From contig CAWBNQ010000003.1 in NCBI GenBank assembly GCA_963790205.1, positions 480,001-544,000 of the forward strand: DNA of 64,000 bases, in the 5' to 3' direction. The position numbers were made by a program, and so were the translations under genes. Positions 29,404 to 39,384 of the stretch are shown here, piece after piece; position 1 is the first letter of the stretch; each line of letters starts with the position of its first letter. This DNA comes from Nitrospirota bacterium (GTDB lineage Bacteria > Nitrospirota > UBA9217). The notes below the pieces were generated by a model that saw only the letters and a list, made by a program, of their open reading frames with translations, did no database searches and had not been told where the DNA came from.

Positions 29404-30909
29404 ATGAAAGATACCACTAAAATAAAAAAACGGATCATAAACGAGAAACAAAAAGCTGATGATAAGCTTTATGAAGCAGAACAGTTCTGTCGTATTGTAT
29501 TCGTGCAATCGCCTGATGGTATTTTAGTTATAGATACGAATGGAAATTTCATTGAATTCAATGAAGCTGCCCATCGCCAGCTCGGCTACTCAAGAGAAGA
29601 ATTTGAGAGGCTTCATCTCTCCGACATTGATCCAATTCAGAGTCCTGAAGAAATACAAGCCAGGATTAAGGAAGTCTCAGATAAGGGACGCGCTGAATTT
29701 GAAGTGCAGCATAGAACAAAAGAGGGAGAAGTCAGGGATGTTCATGTCATTACTCAGGTGATGGTCTTGTCCGGCCGCACATTTTTTCATACCATATGGC
29801 GAGATGTCACTGAGTACAGACATGCGGAAGAGGAAATACGGTTCCTTGCGTCGATTATAGAAAACCTTCCTAATGCGGTATGCGCTATTGATACGAATGG
29901 TGCAACGATGGCGTGGAACCACGGAGCAGAGAAGATGCTGGGATACAAAGCCGATGAAATCATTGGAAAACCGATAACGACCATTATTCCTGAAGAGATC
30001 AGCCAGCAGGAACTTGAACACTGCCTGACGATTTTGAACAGGGAGGGGTTCTTCTCAGGATATGAATCGGTACGGCTTGCCAAGGATGGCAGAAGGATAC
30101 CGGTGGAACTGACAGCCGTGGCGATCAAGGACAAAGCGCAGAAAATCAAGAGCTATGCATCTATTATGGTGGACATTACTGACCGCAAAAAAGCGGAAGA
30201 AGAACGCTTGAAGAGTCACATGCTTGAGTCGATCGGGATACTCGCGGGCGGTATTGCCCATGATTTTAATAACCTGCTCAACATCATCAACGGCGATATC
30301 CAGGTTGCAAAAATGTTTGTTCAACCTGGCGATAAGGTATTCAACAGGCTGGACGATGCAGAACAGATCTGCGAAATAGCCGGTGATCTCAGCAAGCGCC
30401 TGATCACCTTTGCCACAGGCGGAGATCCTGTGAAAAAAAATATGTCGTTGTCAGGACTGCTTACGGAGACGGTTAACACCTTGCTTAAAGGCTCAAATAT
30501 CAATACGGTGTTTGATTTACCAGACGACCTCTATACTGTTGCTATAGATGAAGGTCAAATGAAACAGGCCATTAAAAATCTGGCCATCAATGCAAGAGAA
30601 GCAATGCCGAAAGGAGGAACTCTCGCTATTCGAGGAGAGAATGTTCGTATTTACGCACAGGACAATTTACCGATGCAAGCGGGCGATTACTTGAAGATAT
30701 CGTTCCGTGACGCAGGTGCCGGCATACCATCGGAAAATCTGGCGAAGATATTCGACCCATATTTTACAACCAAAAACACTTATTACCAGAAGGGCCTAGG
30801 ACTCGGCCTTGCGGTATGTTATTCCGTTATCAAGAGGCATAACGGCCTGATCACCGTCGAATCCGAAGTCGGTAAGGGGACGACCTTTATTATTTATCTC
30901 CCTGTATGA
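29404..30909 (+). CDS. PAS-PAS sensor histidine kinase
   Basis: Two PAS/PAC domains, H-box GGIAHDFNNLL, N-box NAREAM, FDPYFTTK and GLGLA. Confidence 0.93.
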   Translation: MKDTTKIKKRIINEKQKADDKLYEAEQFCRIVFVQSPDGILVIDTNGNFIEFNEAAHRQLGYSREEFERLHLSDIDPIQSPEEIQARIKEVSDKGRAEFEVQHRTKEGEVRDVHVITQVMVLSGRTFFHTIWRDVTEYRHAEEEIRFLASIIENLPNAVCAIDTNGATMAWNHGAEKMLGYKADEIIGKPITTIIPEEISQQELEHCLTILNREGFFSGYESVRLAKDGRRIPVELTAVAIKDKAQKIKSYASIMVDITDRKKAEEERLKSHMLESIGILAGGIAHDFNNLLNIINGDIQVAKMFVQPGDKVFNRLDDAEQICEIAGDLSKRLITFATGGDPVKKNMSLSGLLTETVNTLLKGSNINTVFDLPDDLYTVAIDEGQMKQAIKNLAINAREAMPKGGTLAIRGENVRIYAQDNLPMQAGDYLKISFRDAGAGIPSENLAKIFDPYFTTKNTYYQKGLGLGLAVCYSVIKRHNGLITVESEVGKGTTFIIYLPV

Positions 30910-31126
30910 GCTTCGCCAAGACTGATTCTTCGGGAGGTTGTCGATCTTTTCTAAGTCGGGCGAGACTTTCTTCCCGAAACATTGGAGTATCCATTCTCAT
31001 AAACAGAGTTATCTAACCCTTGGTGAAATACTTTCAGCAGCCTCTACAACAGAATCTATCTGAGGGAATAGGGAGTCAGCAATAACTCTCTTCCATTTTA
31101 CAACGTGGCAGCTCACTGACAAAGAT

Positions 31127-31630
31127 GTGGGTAAGATATTGGACGTTTCCTGGGCCACCTCGAATTATTGGAAACAAAAGCTGACCAAAGGCTGGGTACC
31201 TTCAATTGCTCCGTTGCCTAATAACGTGGTTGTGAATGGTGTCGATTTGTCGCAGCTTAATGAACTGCTCAGCCACATGAAGTATGCTTCCGAACTGTTG
31301 AAAGAATATGTGTTTGATGAAATCAGATCAAATGAATACCCACTCAAGCCTAGCCGTCGAAAGTGCATGTTTACATTTTCTGCCACGCATAATCCAGATG
31401 AGTACGCAAAACATCTTGGTTTTGACCGTACGCGATATCAATTTTTAACTCTTCGTGTTCTTCCGGAGACGCGTCTTCACAGTGGTGACATGGGATACTT
31501 AAACACTAACCTGTCTGACTATCAAGGCTACGTCGATGCAGCACGGCATTATTGGTCTGGCGCTGATGACGGCTTGCCACTTTCGGAAGTATTGCTTGAA
31601 GGGCCCGTTGAATTAATACGTCTTGATTGA
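31127..31630 (+). CDS. Hypothetical protein, DUF2441-like
   Basis: EYVFDEIRSNEYPLKPSRRKCMF, YW and EVLLEG resemble DUF2441; AT-rich. Start uncertain. Confidence 0.5.
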   Translation: MGKILDVSWATSNYWKQKLTKGWVPSIAPLPNNVVVNGVDLSQLNELLSHMKYASELLKEYVFDEIRSNEYPLKPSRRKCMFTFSATHNPDEYAKHLGFDRTRYQFLTLRVLPETRLHSGDMGYLNTNLSDYQGYVDAARHYWSGADDGLPLSEVLLEGPVELIRLD

Positions 31631-31655
31631 CAAGCCTGCTTACATTGCAGAGCAT

Positions 31656-31714
31656 AATTAACAAGTCGTTCGAGTTCCGCGCTCTAAAGCGCGAGGCTCG
31701 ACTCGTTGTTCCAA
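31656..31714 (+). other. Degenerate attC-like hairpin
   Basis: TAAC AAGTCGTTCGAG...CGCGC-tctaaa-GCGCG...CTCGACTCGTT GTT, 25 nt after the ORF stop; the R' box (GTTCCAA) is imperfect. Confidence 0.4.
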
Positions 31715-31821
31715 TATTACAACTGGTAATTTACAGAATTTATATTTGATCCTGTTAACAAGTTGTAGGTGTTCCTCGCAGACAACATTGACAAATCCAC
31801 ATCTCTGTGCTTTATTAAAAT

Positions 31822-31906
31822 AGTTCTTGATAAAGCCAAGCCCTTCGCGAGAAGGGAGCGGAAAGCGACGGATCTTAAAAGACGAAGACGGCCGAGCTGC
31901 CGAAGG
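31822..31906 (+). ncRNA. c-di-GMP-I (GEMM-I) riboswitch
   Basis: AGCCAAG-CCCTTC-GCGA-GAAGGG-AGCGGAAAG-CGACGGATCT...AGACGGCCGAGCTGCCG follows the GEMM-I layout; TTGACA at 31788 upstream. Confidence 0.82.
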
Positions 31907-31940
31907 ATGAGTCCTTTCGGCATGTTCTGCTTTTTTGTTT
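31898..31940 (+). terminator. Riboswitch expression-platform terminator
   Basis: TGCCGAAGGA-tgag-TCCTTTCGGCA hairpin overlapping the aptamer 3' end, followed by a T-rich tract. Confidence 0.65.
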
Positions 31941-32189
31941 TAGTCAGTACTGTAGATACAGAAACCGTGTGACGTGGGAAGCTCTTTAGGTGTTGTTTGG
32001 ATGAGCGCAGTGCATTGATGGAGGCTACATCATCGCCAAGGAGGTCAGTTAAGGGATTGTTTGTAAAATAACAGAACAAGTCATGATAGGATTGAGGCTG
32101 ATCGAGTTCTACGGCTTGTGCTTGCAGGGCTATAAGGAAGACAGTATGAGTTTTTTGACCATACGTAATCAAAAAAGGAGGACAGTGCT

Positions 32190-32513
32190 ATGAAGGTACA
32201 GAACGTTTTAAAGATAGTTGCAGTTGTTGCAGTCCTTGCGCTCGTATCATGCGCGTCTGCGGGAAAGCAGTTCGACACCACACACGTCAACGATATCAAG
32301 AAAGGATCCCAGGACAAAGACCAGATCCGCGCCTGGTTCGGCGAGCCGTACCGCATGCAGGCGATTTCGGGCAGCCCGCTCGGATGCGTAGAGCGGTGGA
32401 CCTACACTCACGCATTCTCATCTTTTGGCGGAACTAAAACGAAAACCGAAACCCTAGTGGTGGACTTCAACAAGAGCGGGAAGGTGTGCGACAACGCATA
32501 CTTGGAACAATGA
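32190..32513 (+). CDS. Lipoprotein, BamE/SmpA-like
   Basis: Lipobox LVSC; IKKG...IRAWFGEP...WTY pattern; AGGAGG RBS. Confidence 0.7.
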   Translation: MKVQNVLKIVAVVAVLALVSCASAGKQFDTTHVNDIKKGSQDKDQIRAWFGEPYRMQAISGSPLGCVERWTYTHAFSSFGGTKTKTETLVVDFNKSGKVCDNAYLEQ

Positions 32514-32788
32514 TATACGAAGTCACGTGACTTATTTCCTATGTTTTAGCTAGCTGCGCTTATGATGCCCTGGATTTATCGGTCGCCGGTGCTTGATTGT
32601 ATGTGAGGGTTCGGAGGGTCAGAATTGGCAAGAGAATGAATAATTCCGTTTGAAGCTTTTAGTCAACGTTACTTACTGTATTCGTTATAGTTTAAATTCA
32701 TTGCAACATTTAAAGTTTCTACCAGAAGCCTGTTTATTTATAGTCGACGAGAATTGCAGAAGATCCTAACGCGCCAAAGAGGTCGGCA

Positions 32789-33766
32789 ATGAAGTATTGG
32801 TTTCTGAAGGTCTTGCTTGTTACGATGGTTGTGTTTCTTTTTACCGGATGCGCCATAAAGTTTTCGATTAAGGACCCGGTTGTATCCAATCTCAAGTACG
32901 ACAAAGGCTCGAAAAAGTCAGTTGTCCTGCAGGTCATTGATCGGCGATCCAGCATGGTGTTCCATGAAAGACTCGGCGCCTTAAGCCATGGGAATATTGA
33001 ACTGGACAACATCACAGACCCCGTTGCTTGGCTCTCTCAAGCGCTGGAGAAGGAATTTTCGGCGCGCAATATCCCCGTACAGGTTGTCTATGGGAACACG
33101 AACAAGCCGGCGGATATCGTACTGACGGTAAAAAAATTTCAGGTCGTCAGCCGCAGAGCATTGGGCTCAGAGTATAATCCCTGGGAGACCTACCATTCCT
33201 TCAGAGGTGAAGTGACAACAGGTCGTAAGACCGCTGATATCCGCGCTTATTTCTTCAATGGGAAAGTGCCGTGGACCTGGAAGGAGGTCGAAGAGACGTG
33301 TTTCAATATGCCTCTGTCGCTACTCGTGAAGGAGATAGCATCGAAGATTAATACTATCGCCCTGCACTACTCTGCGGGCGATGAAATGATCAGAGACAGC
33401 AGTGCCCGGGCAGCTGAACAAGCAAAAAATAAAGACGACTATGCCTGCTTCACCCTTTTTGAGTTGGGCGGGTCGAATAACCCCGGCGCCTTGAAAGCCC
33501 TGTACACCTTTGCCGATAACGATGATCGCTTTATCCGGGCGTGTGCTCTGTCTGCGATAGGGACGCTGGGCGTGAAGAATCAATTCGAATTTCTGCAGAA
33601 AAAATATATACAATATGACGAGATTGATAAGTACATGGCCCTGAAGTCTATCGGCGATGCCGGCACGCCGCAGGCACTGGAATTTGTCAGGAAATCGATG
33701 GACGATGCCCTGTATACGAAGGAGATGGCATTTAAATATTGCGCTGATCTCTATCTTGAAAAATAG
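32789..33766 (+). CDS. Lipoprotein with C-terminal HEAT-like repeats
   Basis: Lipobox FTGC; IRACALSAIG and MALKSIG helical repeats. Confidence 0.7.
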   Translation: MKYWFLKVLLVTMVVFLFTGCAIKFSIKDPVVSNLKYDKGSKKSVVLQVIDRRSSMVFHERLGALSHGNIELDNITDPVAWLSQALEKEFSARNIPVQVVYGNTNKPADIVLTVKKFQVVSRRALGSEYNPWETYHSFRGEVTTGRKTADIRAYFFNGKVPWTWKEVEETCFNMPLSLLVKEIASKINTIALHYSAGDEMIRDSSARAAEQAKNKDDYACFTLFELGGSNNPGALKALYTFADNDDRFIRACALSAIGTLGVKNQFEFLQKKYIQYDEIDKYMALKSIGDAGTPQALEFVRKSMDDALYTKEMAFKYCADLYLEK

Positions 33767-34124
33767 GAATGTGAGGAAATCACCAGTCGCGTCAGGTTGT
33801 TTTTCGTTTCGCAAGCCCGGATAGATCGTGACTTTACCCCCCAAAAACTGTACCACCCAGAGAGTTGGATTTATGGTAGCATAAAGTCGAAAGAAGAACA
33901 ACCATGGGCGGCAAAAAGGATTTACTTCCGATCAAATTGTGCTCGGCAAATACCTCAATGTTAGGTGCATGCTTCAACAAGAATTCCGCACCCATTATCA
34001 TCGACCACGACTGCAAGCTTGAGGTAAAAGTGATATTTCGAGCAGTGGATACAATGCTAATTAACTGGTTGAAATCTGCGCCAGACGATTGCTTTGATCT
34101 CAAGAAATTTCCTGGGTGGAAGAT

Positions 34125-34209
34125 TTTCCGGAAGCACTGGTAGGTAATGAATCGGAATGGCTGGCAGGTTTCAATCGGAATGCCCGGCAGATATCCTTTG
34201 GAATCTGCA
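34125..34209. mobile_element. Orphan IS21-family-like terminus
   Basis: About 23-bp periodic CGGAAT...GGCAG repeats ending GGAATCTGCA (reverse complement TGCAGATTCC); no intact istA/istB nearby. Confidence 0.5.
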
Positions 34210-34380
34210 TACCCTAAAGGTTTTCATACGTGGGGAAACTTATCAATTCACAACGCATTGATTTAACTAACTGACGAGTAAATTCTTACGGTTTTCTCCC
34301 CCTATAAGTCTTATCTGCACCCCTGTTATTTCGGCCGTTCCCTGGGCTTCCCGCAGCCTTGTTCGCGCCTCCCGGTCCGG

Positions 34381-34827
34381 TCAGTCGTTCATGGAGGGGA
34401 TGAACTCGATGTCGGAAATAATGCCGGACACTTCTTCAAGATAGGGATGGTCGTGCTCGGGGTCGCTGACATAGGCGGCCATAAGCGCCCGGGTCTTGTC
34501 CACGAGAAACCAGATCCTCCAGTGCATCGGTTCTTCCTTGTGCTGATAGCTGTAGTCCAGGGTGGCTATCCCCAGACCTCCCTGCTCTTCCACTTTAACG
34601 GCTTCGCGCGGAAAAGGAATATCGCGTTCCTCCAGGGTGTCTTCGAGGAGTATCTTCGCGGCCGCAGCGGGCGCGGTCTTGGTTTCGTCCCGCTCGATGA
34701 ACGAGAGCTGCACCATGCCCGGCCACCCCTCTTTCTCCAGCAGGACAAATCCCATCTCCTCGCGCTCGTTCCAGCCGTCGGGCAGGAAAAGATTGATCCA
34801 GCGCTCGTAGGTCACTTTTTTACCCAT
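34381..34827 (-). CDS. Hypothetical protein
   Basis: 148-aa ORF with host-like codon usage. Confidence 0.7.
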   Translation of the reverse strand: MGKKVTYERWINLFLPDGWNEREEMGFVLLEKEGWPGMVQLSFIERDETKTAPAAAAKILLEDTLEERDIPFPREAVKVEEQGGLGIATLDYSYQHKEEPMHWRIWFLVDKTRALMAAYVSDPEHDHPYLEEVSGIISDIEFIPSMND

Positions 34828-34894
34828 GCGGCGATTGTAACGGAGGAACGTACGGCAGTCAAATGAGTTTCATAAATAGGGGAAAAAGAACTGT

Positions 34895-35422
34895 TTATAT
34901 GTACAGCAGCTGGTTTAGCTTATCTAAAACCAGAACAACCCCTGTTTCGGGCGGCGCCTGCCCGTCGAGGGTCAGGTCAGGCTTCATCGGCGGCTCATAG
35001 ACCGCCTGGAGGCCGGGCACGGTTGTTGCTTTGTTAAGCGCCGCCCGTGCGTAAATGCCCTTGGGATCCCGCTTTGCGCAGACCTCGAGAGGGCACGTGA
35101 CATATACTTCGATGAATCTCTTGATGAGCCTCCGGGCCTGGTCGCGGTACTCCCGCTTGTTCGCCGTAGCGTCAAAGATCACGTTGGTCCCGCTGCGGGT
35201 GATCAGTTCGCCGATCAAGGCCAGTGCGCGGTAAAAACGGTCGCGTTCTTCTTCGCTGTACGCCGGCTCGGGCGTGAGGATCTTTCTCATGGCGTCCGAT
35301 TCGAGCACCACCGCGGTCACCCCGCGGGCCTGTAATTGTTTCACCAGTTCCCGGGTGAGGGAGCTCTTGCCCGAGGCCGGGAGGCCGGTCAGCCATACGG
35401 CAAAGCCCTGTTGTTCGCTCAT
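34895..35422 (-). CDS. cysC: Adenylyl-sulfate kinase-like P-loop kinase
   Basis: WLTGLPASGKS, RDPKGIY and YEPP motifs; ATGA overlap with the upstream gene. Confidence 0.8.
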   Translation of the reverse strand: MSEQQGFAVWLTGLPASGKSSLTRELVKQLQARGVTAVVLESDAMRKILTPEPAYSEEERDRFYRALALIGELITRSGTNVIFDATANKREYRDQARRLIKRFIEVYVTCPLEVCAKRDPKGIYARAALNKATTVPGLQAVYEPPMKPDLTLDGQAPPETGVVLVLDKLNQLLYI

Positions 35423-36504
35423 GTGAGGTACCTGTTCATGTCCCCCGGATCGAACCGGTCTTCTCCGAGCACGTTCTCGATAAAATGAAAGATTGATCTG
35501 CGGATGGCGGTCGAAAGGTGCGGGTACCATGCCGGGCTCGCGATCACCAGACCCCGCAGGGCATAGAAAGGGGCAATGACCTCGAGCATCTCCCGGTCCC
35601 CGGTCTTCGCAAGATAATGGTCCCAGAACAGACGAAACATTTTTTCAAAATCGCCTTCGAGCCTGCCTGAACGCTGGAGCGAAAAGAACAGATAGTTGAT
35701 GGTCATGGTCGCCGTGTCGTCCGCGGGCTCGCCCCATTCGCCGCGTGAGCGGTCGAGCACGGTGAAGTCCGTGCTCTCGCGGAACAGGATGTTCCAGGGG
35801 TGGAAATCTCCATGGACCCGGCAAAGCCGGCGGCCGCGGTCTTTGATCCGCCAGCGCCATTCAACGCAGGCCGTTTCGATCCTTTTCAAAATCCGCCTGT
35901 CCATGAACTCGAATTTTTCCGGGTAATTATCGATAAGACCCATGATGCATTCGCCGTGGCCTACGAGGTCGCGGATGCGCCGGGTGTACAGCGCTGGCGC
36001 ATCGCGCTTCAACGCGTGGATCTCGATGAGGTAGTCCGAGAGCGCGGCAGCCCGCTCGAAATCCGCCTCCGCTGCCGTCGCTCCGTCCCTTATCCGTTCC
36101 AGGTCTTTGAAATATCCCGAGCCGTTCACGAATTCGCTCAGGAGGAAGAATTCCCGTGCCCTGCCCGTTGAGATGATCCTGCCGGAGTCGAGGAAGGCGC
36201 CGCTGTCGATGGAATGCACATGCCGCGGGAGGCTGTTGAACGCCGAGTGCTCCCAGAGAATGGCCTGGGCCCGGTCGGAGAAGTGGTCGTGTCCGTAGGA
36301 GGAAGGCGCCATGGTCTCGAGCACGGCCTTCCTCCGCTCGCTCCCCACCTCGTATTCAAGAAACAGGGGCGAACCGTACCCGAAGCCCTTCAGATTATCG
36401 CCCTCTTCCTGCGCTCCGCGTCCGGTCATGGAGAGCAGGCGCACCGGTTTCGCGTAGAGAGACTGGAGATATTCGGTGACGGCCTGAACGGTTATGTCTG
36501 GCAT
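35419..36504 (-). CDS. Aminoglycoside phosphotransferase / kinase-like protein
   Basis: HGDFHPWNILF and LDRSRGEWGEPADD motifs. Confidence 0.82.
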   Translation of the reverse strand: MPDITVQAVTEYLQSLYAKPVRLLSMTGRGAQEEGDNLKGFGYGSPLFLEYEVGSERRKAVLETMAPSSYGHDHFSDRAQAILWEHSAFNSLPRHVHSIDSGAFLDSGRIISTGRAREFFLLSEFVNGSGYFKDLERIRDGATAAEADFERAAALSDYLIEIHALKRDAPALYTRRIRDLVGHGECIMGLIDNYPEKFEFMDRRILKRIETACVEWRWRIKDRGRRLCRVHGDFHPWNILFRESTDFTVLDRSRGEWGEPADDTATMTINYLFFSLQRSGRLEGDFEKMFRLFWDHYLAKTGDREMLEVIAPFYALRGLVIASPAWYPHLSTAIRRSIFHFIENVLGEDRFDPGDMNRYLT

Positions 36505-36627
36505 GGTTGCCTCGTGGCAGCGCGGCGCGCAATCGGTCAAGAAAACAATCCCTGCTTGCTATTTTATCATGGTTTGACGGGCGTTGAGAGGCCAAAGAGG
36601 AGATCAGGGGACAGGGAGAAGGGATAT

Positions 36628-36814
36628 TAACTACTCAGGCTGACCGCTTCGTTTCGGCGCAAGGTGCGCCAGTATGATTTTGCAGCGTATCGCCTGTGTA
36701 CTGATACCCGCAACGCTTTCGCTTCGCACGCGTTGTTTTGGCCGATCCGGCACAATGTTGTTTATTACGGGCGCACTTTTTGCGCCTGTGCTCAGCGGCC
36801 AGCCTGAGTAATTA
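36628..36814. mobile_element. MITE, 187 bp
   Basis: 21-bp terminal inverted repeats TAACTACTCAGGCTGACCGCT / AGCGGCCAGCCTGAGTAATTA (19/21); no ORF. Confidence 0.7.
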
Positions 36815-36851
36815 TGGTTATTGACTATTTGAGCTTAAGACAATCTAGAAT

Positions 36852-37854
36852 TTATGCATCCGCGCCCAGGCGCCGCAGGCGTGAAGCATTGATCGGGAGC
36901 GGTTCCCCGGGGTTGAAGACCTCATTGCCGTACTGGATGCAATACGTCTGGCCGGGGACCTGCTTGCTGTAGGTGATGATGAGCCGGCCGATGGTCTGTT
37001 TTATGTCCTGCGTAGGTTCGCCGTTCAGCAGGGCAACGGGGCCGGGGAAGCCGTGGGGGGTAAACAGGTGAAAGCCGCGGGGCGCCAGCGACATCAACAG
37101 GTTATTTTCCTTGTTGTCGCGGCCTACCACGATCTTGACTGCCCGCGTCGAGCCGGTAGTGGCGGCCGACGGTGAGCAGCCTGACGTCGTCGGGGGTCAC
37201 GGCCTGCTTGTCGTCAAAGAGATCGCGCAGCTTCTCCGAAAAGTTCTTGTCCGTAAGCAGGCAGCCGCCGGCAGGCGTGGAGTAGCCCCTGATCCCGTAG
37301 CGTTCGGCAAGCTGGAGCTGGACGGCCCTCGACCGGCCGCTGATGCCCAGGAGCTTGTCGCGCTGGATCAGGCCGTCCAGCTCGGCCCGGGTCGGCGGCA
37401 GGAGCGCAGCCGAAAGAGGGCGCAGGATCATGCCCTTCAGGTCCGCGTCGCGCTCGATGAGGTCCAGGGTGTCCCGGCGCTGGGACATGGGCCGCTGGCC
37501 CAGCACTTCTCCCGTTACGACGAAGGGCGCCTTTACTTCCCGCATCACCTCTTTGGACTTCCTGAGCATGAAGATCTTGCAGTCTATGCAGGGATTGATG
37601 TTCTTGCCGTAGCCATGTACCGGATTGCGGACAAGGTCGATGTACTCCTGGCCCATGTCCATCACCCGGAGGTCGATGCCGATGGCCTTGGAGACCCGCA
37701 CAGCGTGAGTGTCGTGCTCCTGGCCGTAGCTTTTGGAAAAGGGGGAGGTGAAATAGAGCCCCACAACTTTGAAGCCTTCCTCCAGGACCACCTTCGCGGC
37801 CAGCACGCTGTCAAGCCCGCCTGATATGAGGGCAACTGCTTTTCTAGGCGCCAA
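36852..37854 (-). CDS. ThiI/MnmA-like tRNA sulfur-modification protein (PP-loop), split by a +1 frameshift near 37140
   Basis: SGGLDS, NPCIDCK, TGEVLGQRPMSQ and PAGGCLLTD motifs; removing one A gives ...LDAGVKIVVGRDNKEN. Start placed at the TTG after GGAGGA. Confidence 0.82.
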
Positions 37855-38008
37855 AATACTCCTCCGTTCCCGAATGAACGCCATATTATAAATCTCTCGA
37901 AGCGGTTTTAGCAATAGAGAAGAGAGTTTGATATACTTTTTATTAGAGGTCTCCGGATGCGTGTACTTCGTGTAAAATAGTTACAAGAGGAGCAGCGGAG
38001 GAGGAAAT

Positions 38009-38542
38009 ATGGCCAAATGGATCATTGATTCCGATCATTCCTGCGCGGCCTTTGCCATCAGGCACATGGCGCTTGCGCACGTGCGGGGCCAGTTCAGCAA
38101 GATGAAAGGCGCCATCCATTTCGACCCTGTCGACAGATTGAGGACGTCCGTCGATGTTGAGATAGAGGTGGCGAGTGTGAATACGGGGATCAAGCAGCGG
38201 GACGATCACCTTCTGAGTATGGATTTTTTCGATCAGGCGAACCATCCCACGATCACCTTTAAGAGCACGAAGGTTGAATTTCTTGAAGGAAGCCGCTGCA
38301 GGGTGAGCGGCAACCTGTCCATTCACGGCATAACGCGGCCGGTCACCTTCGAAGGGGAATATGCCGGGCCGCGGGGAAATCCTTATGGCGATGAAACGTC
38401 CGTGGGTTTTTCCGGCTCCATCACGGTGAACCGTGAGGATTTCGGCATGATGTGGGGGAGCGAACTCATGGAAGGCGGGGGGCTGGTGGCCGGGAAAGAG
38501 GTCCAGATCTTTCTCGACGTGGAAGCGGATCTGGCGGAATAA
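38009..38542 (+). CDS. YceI-family protein
   Basis: WIIDSDHS, RDDHL, GNLSIHGITRPV and NREDFG motifs. Confidence 0.92.
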   Translation: MAKWIIDSDHSCAAFAIRHMALAHVRGQFSKMKGAIHFDPVDRLRTSVDVEIEVASVNTGIKQRDDHLLSMDFFDQANHPTITFKSTKVEFLEGSRCRVSGNLSIHGITRPVTFEGEYAGPRGNPYGDETSVGFSGSITVNREDFGMMWGSELMEGGGLVAGKEVQIFLDVEADLAE

Positions 38543-38564
38543 CGGAAAAAATACAAGCCTTGTC

Positions 38565-38671
38565 TCTCGCAAAGCTCGCAAAGGTCGCAAAGAAAAGCTT
38601 ATAAGCTTTGAATTAAACCAATGTCATCTTTTGTTTTTGTAGTTCTTTGCGATCTTTGCGCCTTCGTGAGA
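38565..38671. repeat. Palindromic repeat built of 9-nt CGCAAAG / CTTTGCG units
   Basis: CGCAAAGCT-CGCAAAGGT-CGCAAAG...CTTTGCGAT-CTTTGCGCC. Confidence 0.7.
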
Positions 38672-38726
38672 AATCGCTTTGCACTGGTTCCAGTTTGCAG
38701 CGGCTTTTTTTTTGCGAGGAGAACCC

Positions 38727-39272
38727 ATGCGTCAAGCCAAAAAAGAGATCAAAGACCGGGAGGTCGTCATCGGCTTGCTGAAGACCTGTGAGGTCGGCAG
38801 GCTCGGGACCATCGGCAGGGACGGCTATCCCATGGTCAAACCGCTCAATTTCGCTTATAAAGACGGGAAGATATACTTTCATTCGGCGCTGGAAGGCGAA
38901 AAGATCGACGATATCAAGCGGGACTGTCGCGTTTGCTTTGAAGCGGACCTGCCGATCGCGCTCGTGAAAAGCACGGGGAACCCCTGCAGGGCGGAGTATC
39001 TTTACCGGAGCGTTATCATCAAAGGCAGGGCCTATCCGGTCGAGGACCCATCAGAAAGGCTGTACGGTCTTGAGTTACTCATGGGGAAGTATCAGCCCGA
39101 AGGAGGATACGGCGAGTTTCCCGAAGAGAAGCTGAAGCTAACGTGCGTGGTGAGGATCGATATCGAGGAAATGACCGGCAAAGAGGACCTCGGGAAGGAG
39201 CAGTTGAAAGAAGCCGCTCTTAAGGCGCTTGAGGGTAAGGCGGCGCTGCCGATAGTTCTTGCGCGAGAATGA
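38727..39272 (+). CDS. Pyridoxamine 5'-phosphate oxidase-like flavin-binding protein (NimA-like)
   Basis: GRLG...YPMVKPLNF...IYFHSALEGEK...YRSVI...MTGK. Confidence 0.88.
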   Translation: MRQAKKEIKDREVVIGLLKTCEVGRLGTIGRDGYPMVKPLNFAYKDGKIYFHSALEGEKIDDIKRDCRVCFEADLPIALVKSTGNPCRAEYLYRSVIIKGRAYPVEDPSERLYGLELLMGKYQPEGGYGEFPEEKLKLTCVVRIDIEEMTGKEDLGKEQLKEAALKALEGKAALPIVLARE

Positions 39273-39384
39273 AAGCTGAAAGCGATCAGTCCGCATAGGG
39301 CCGCAGATTTAAAAACCAATAATTTCTGTCTGGCTTGATCTGTGAAATTTGCGTAATCTTCTATGTTAAAAAGCAAGTCTTTCT

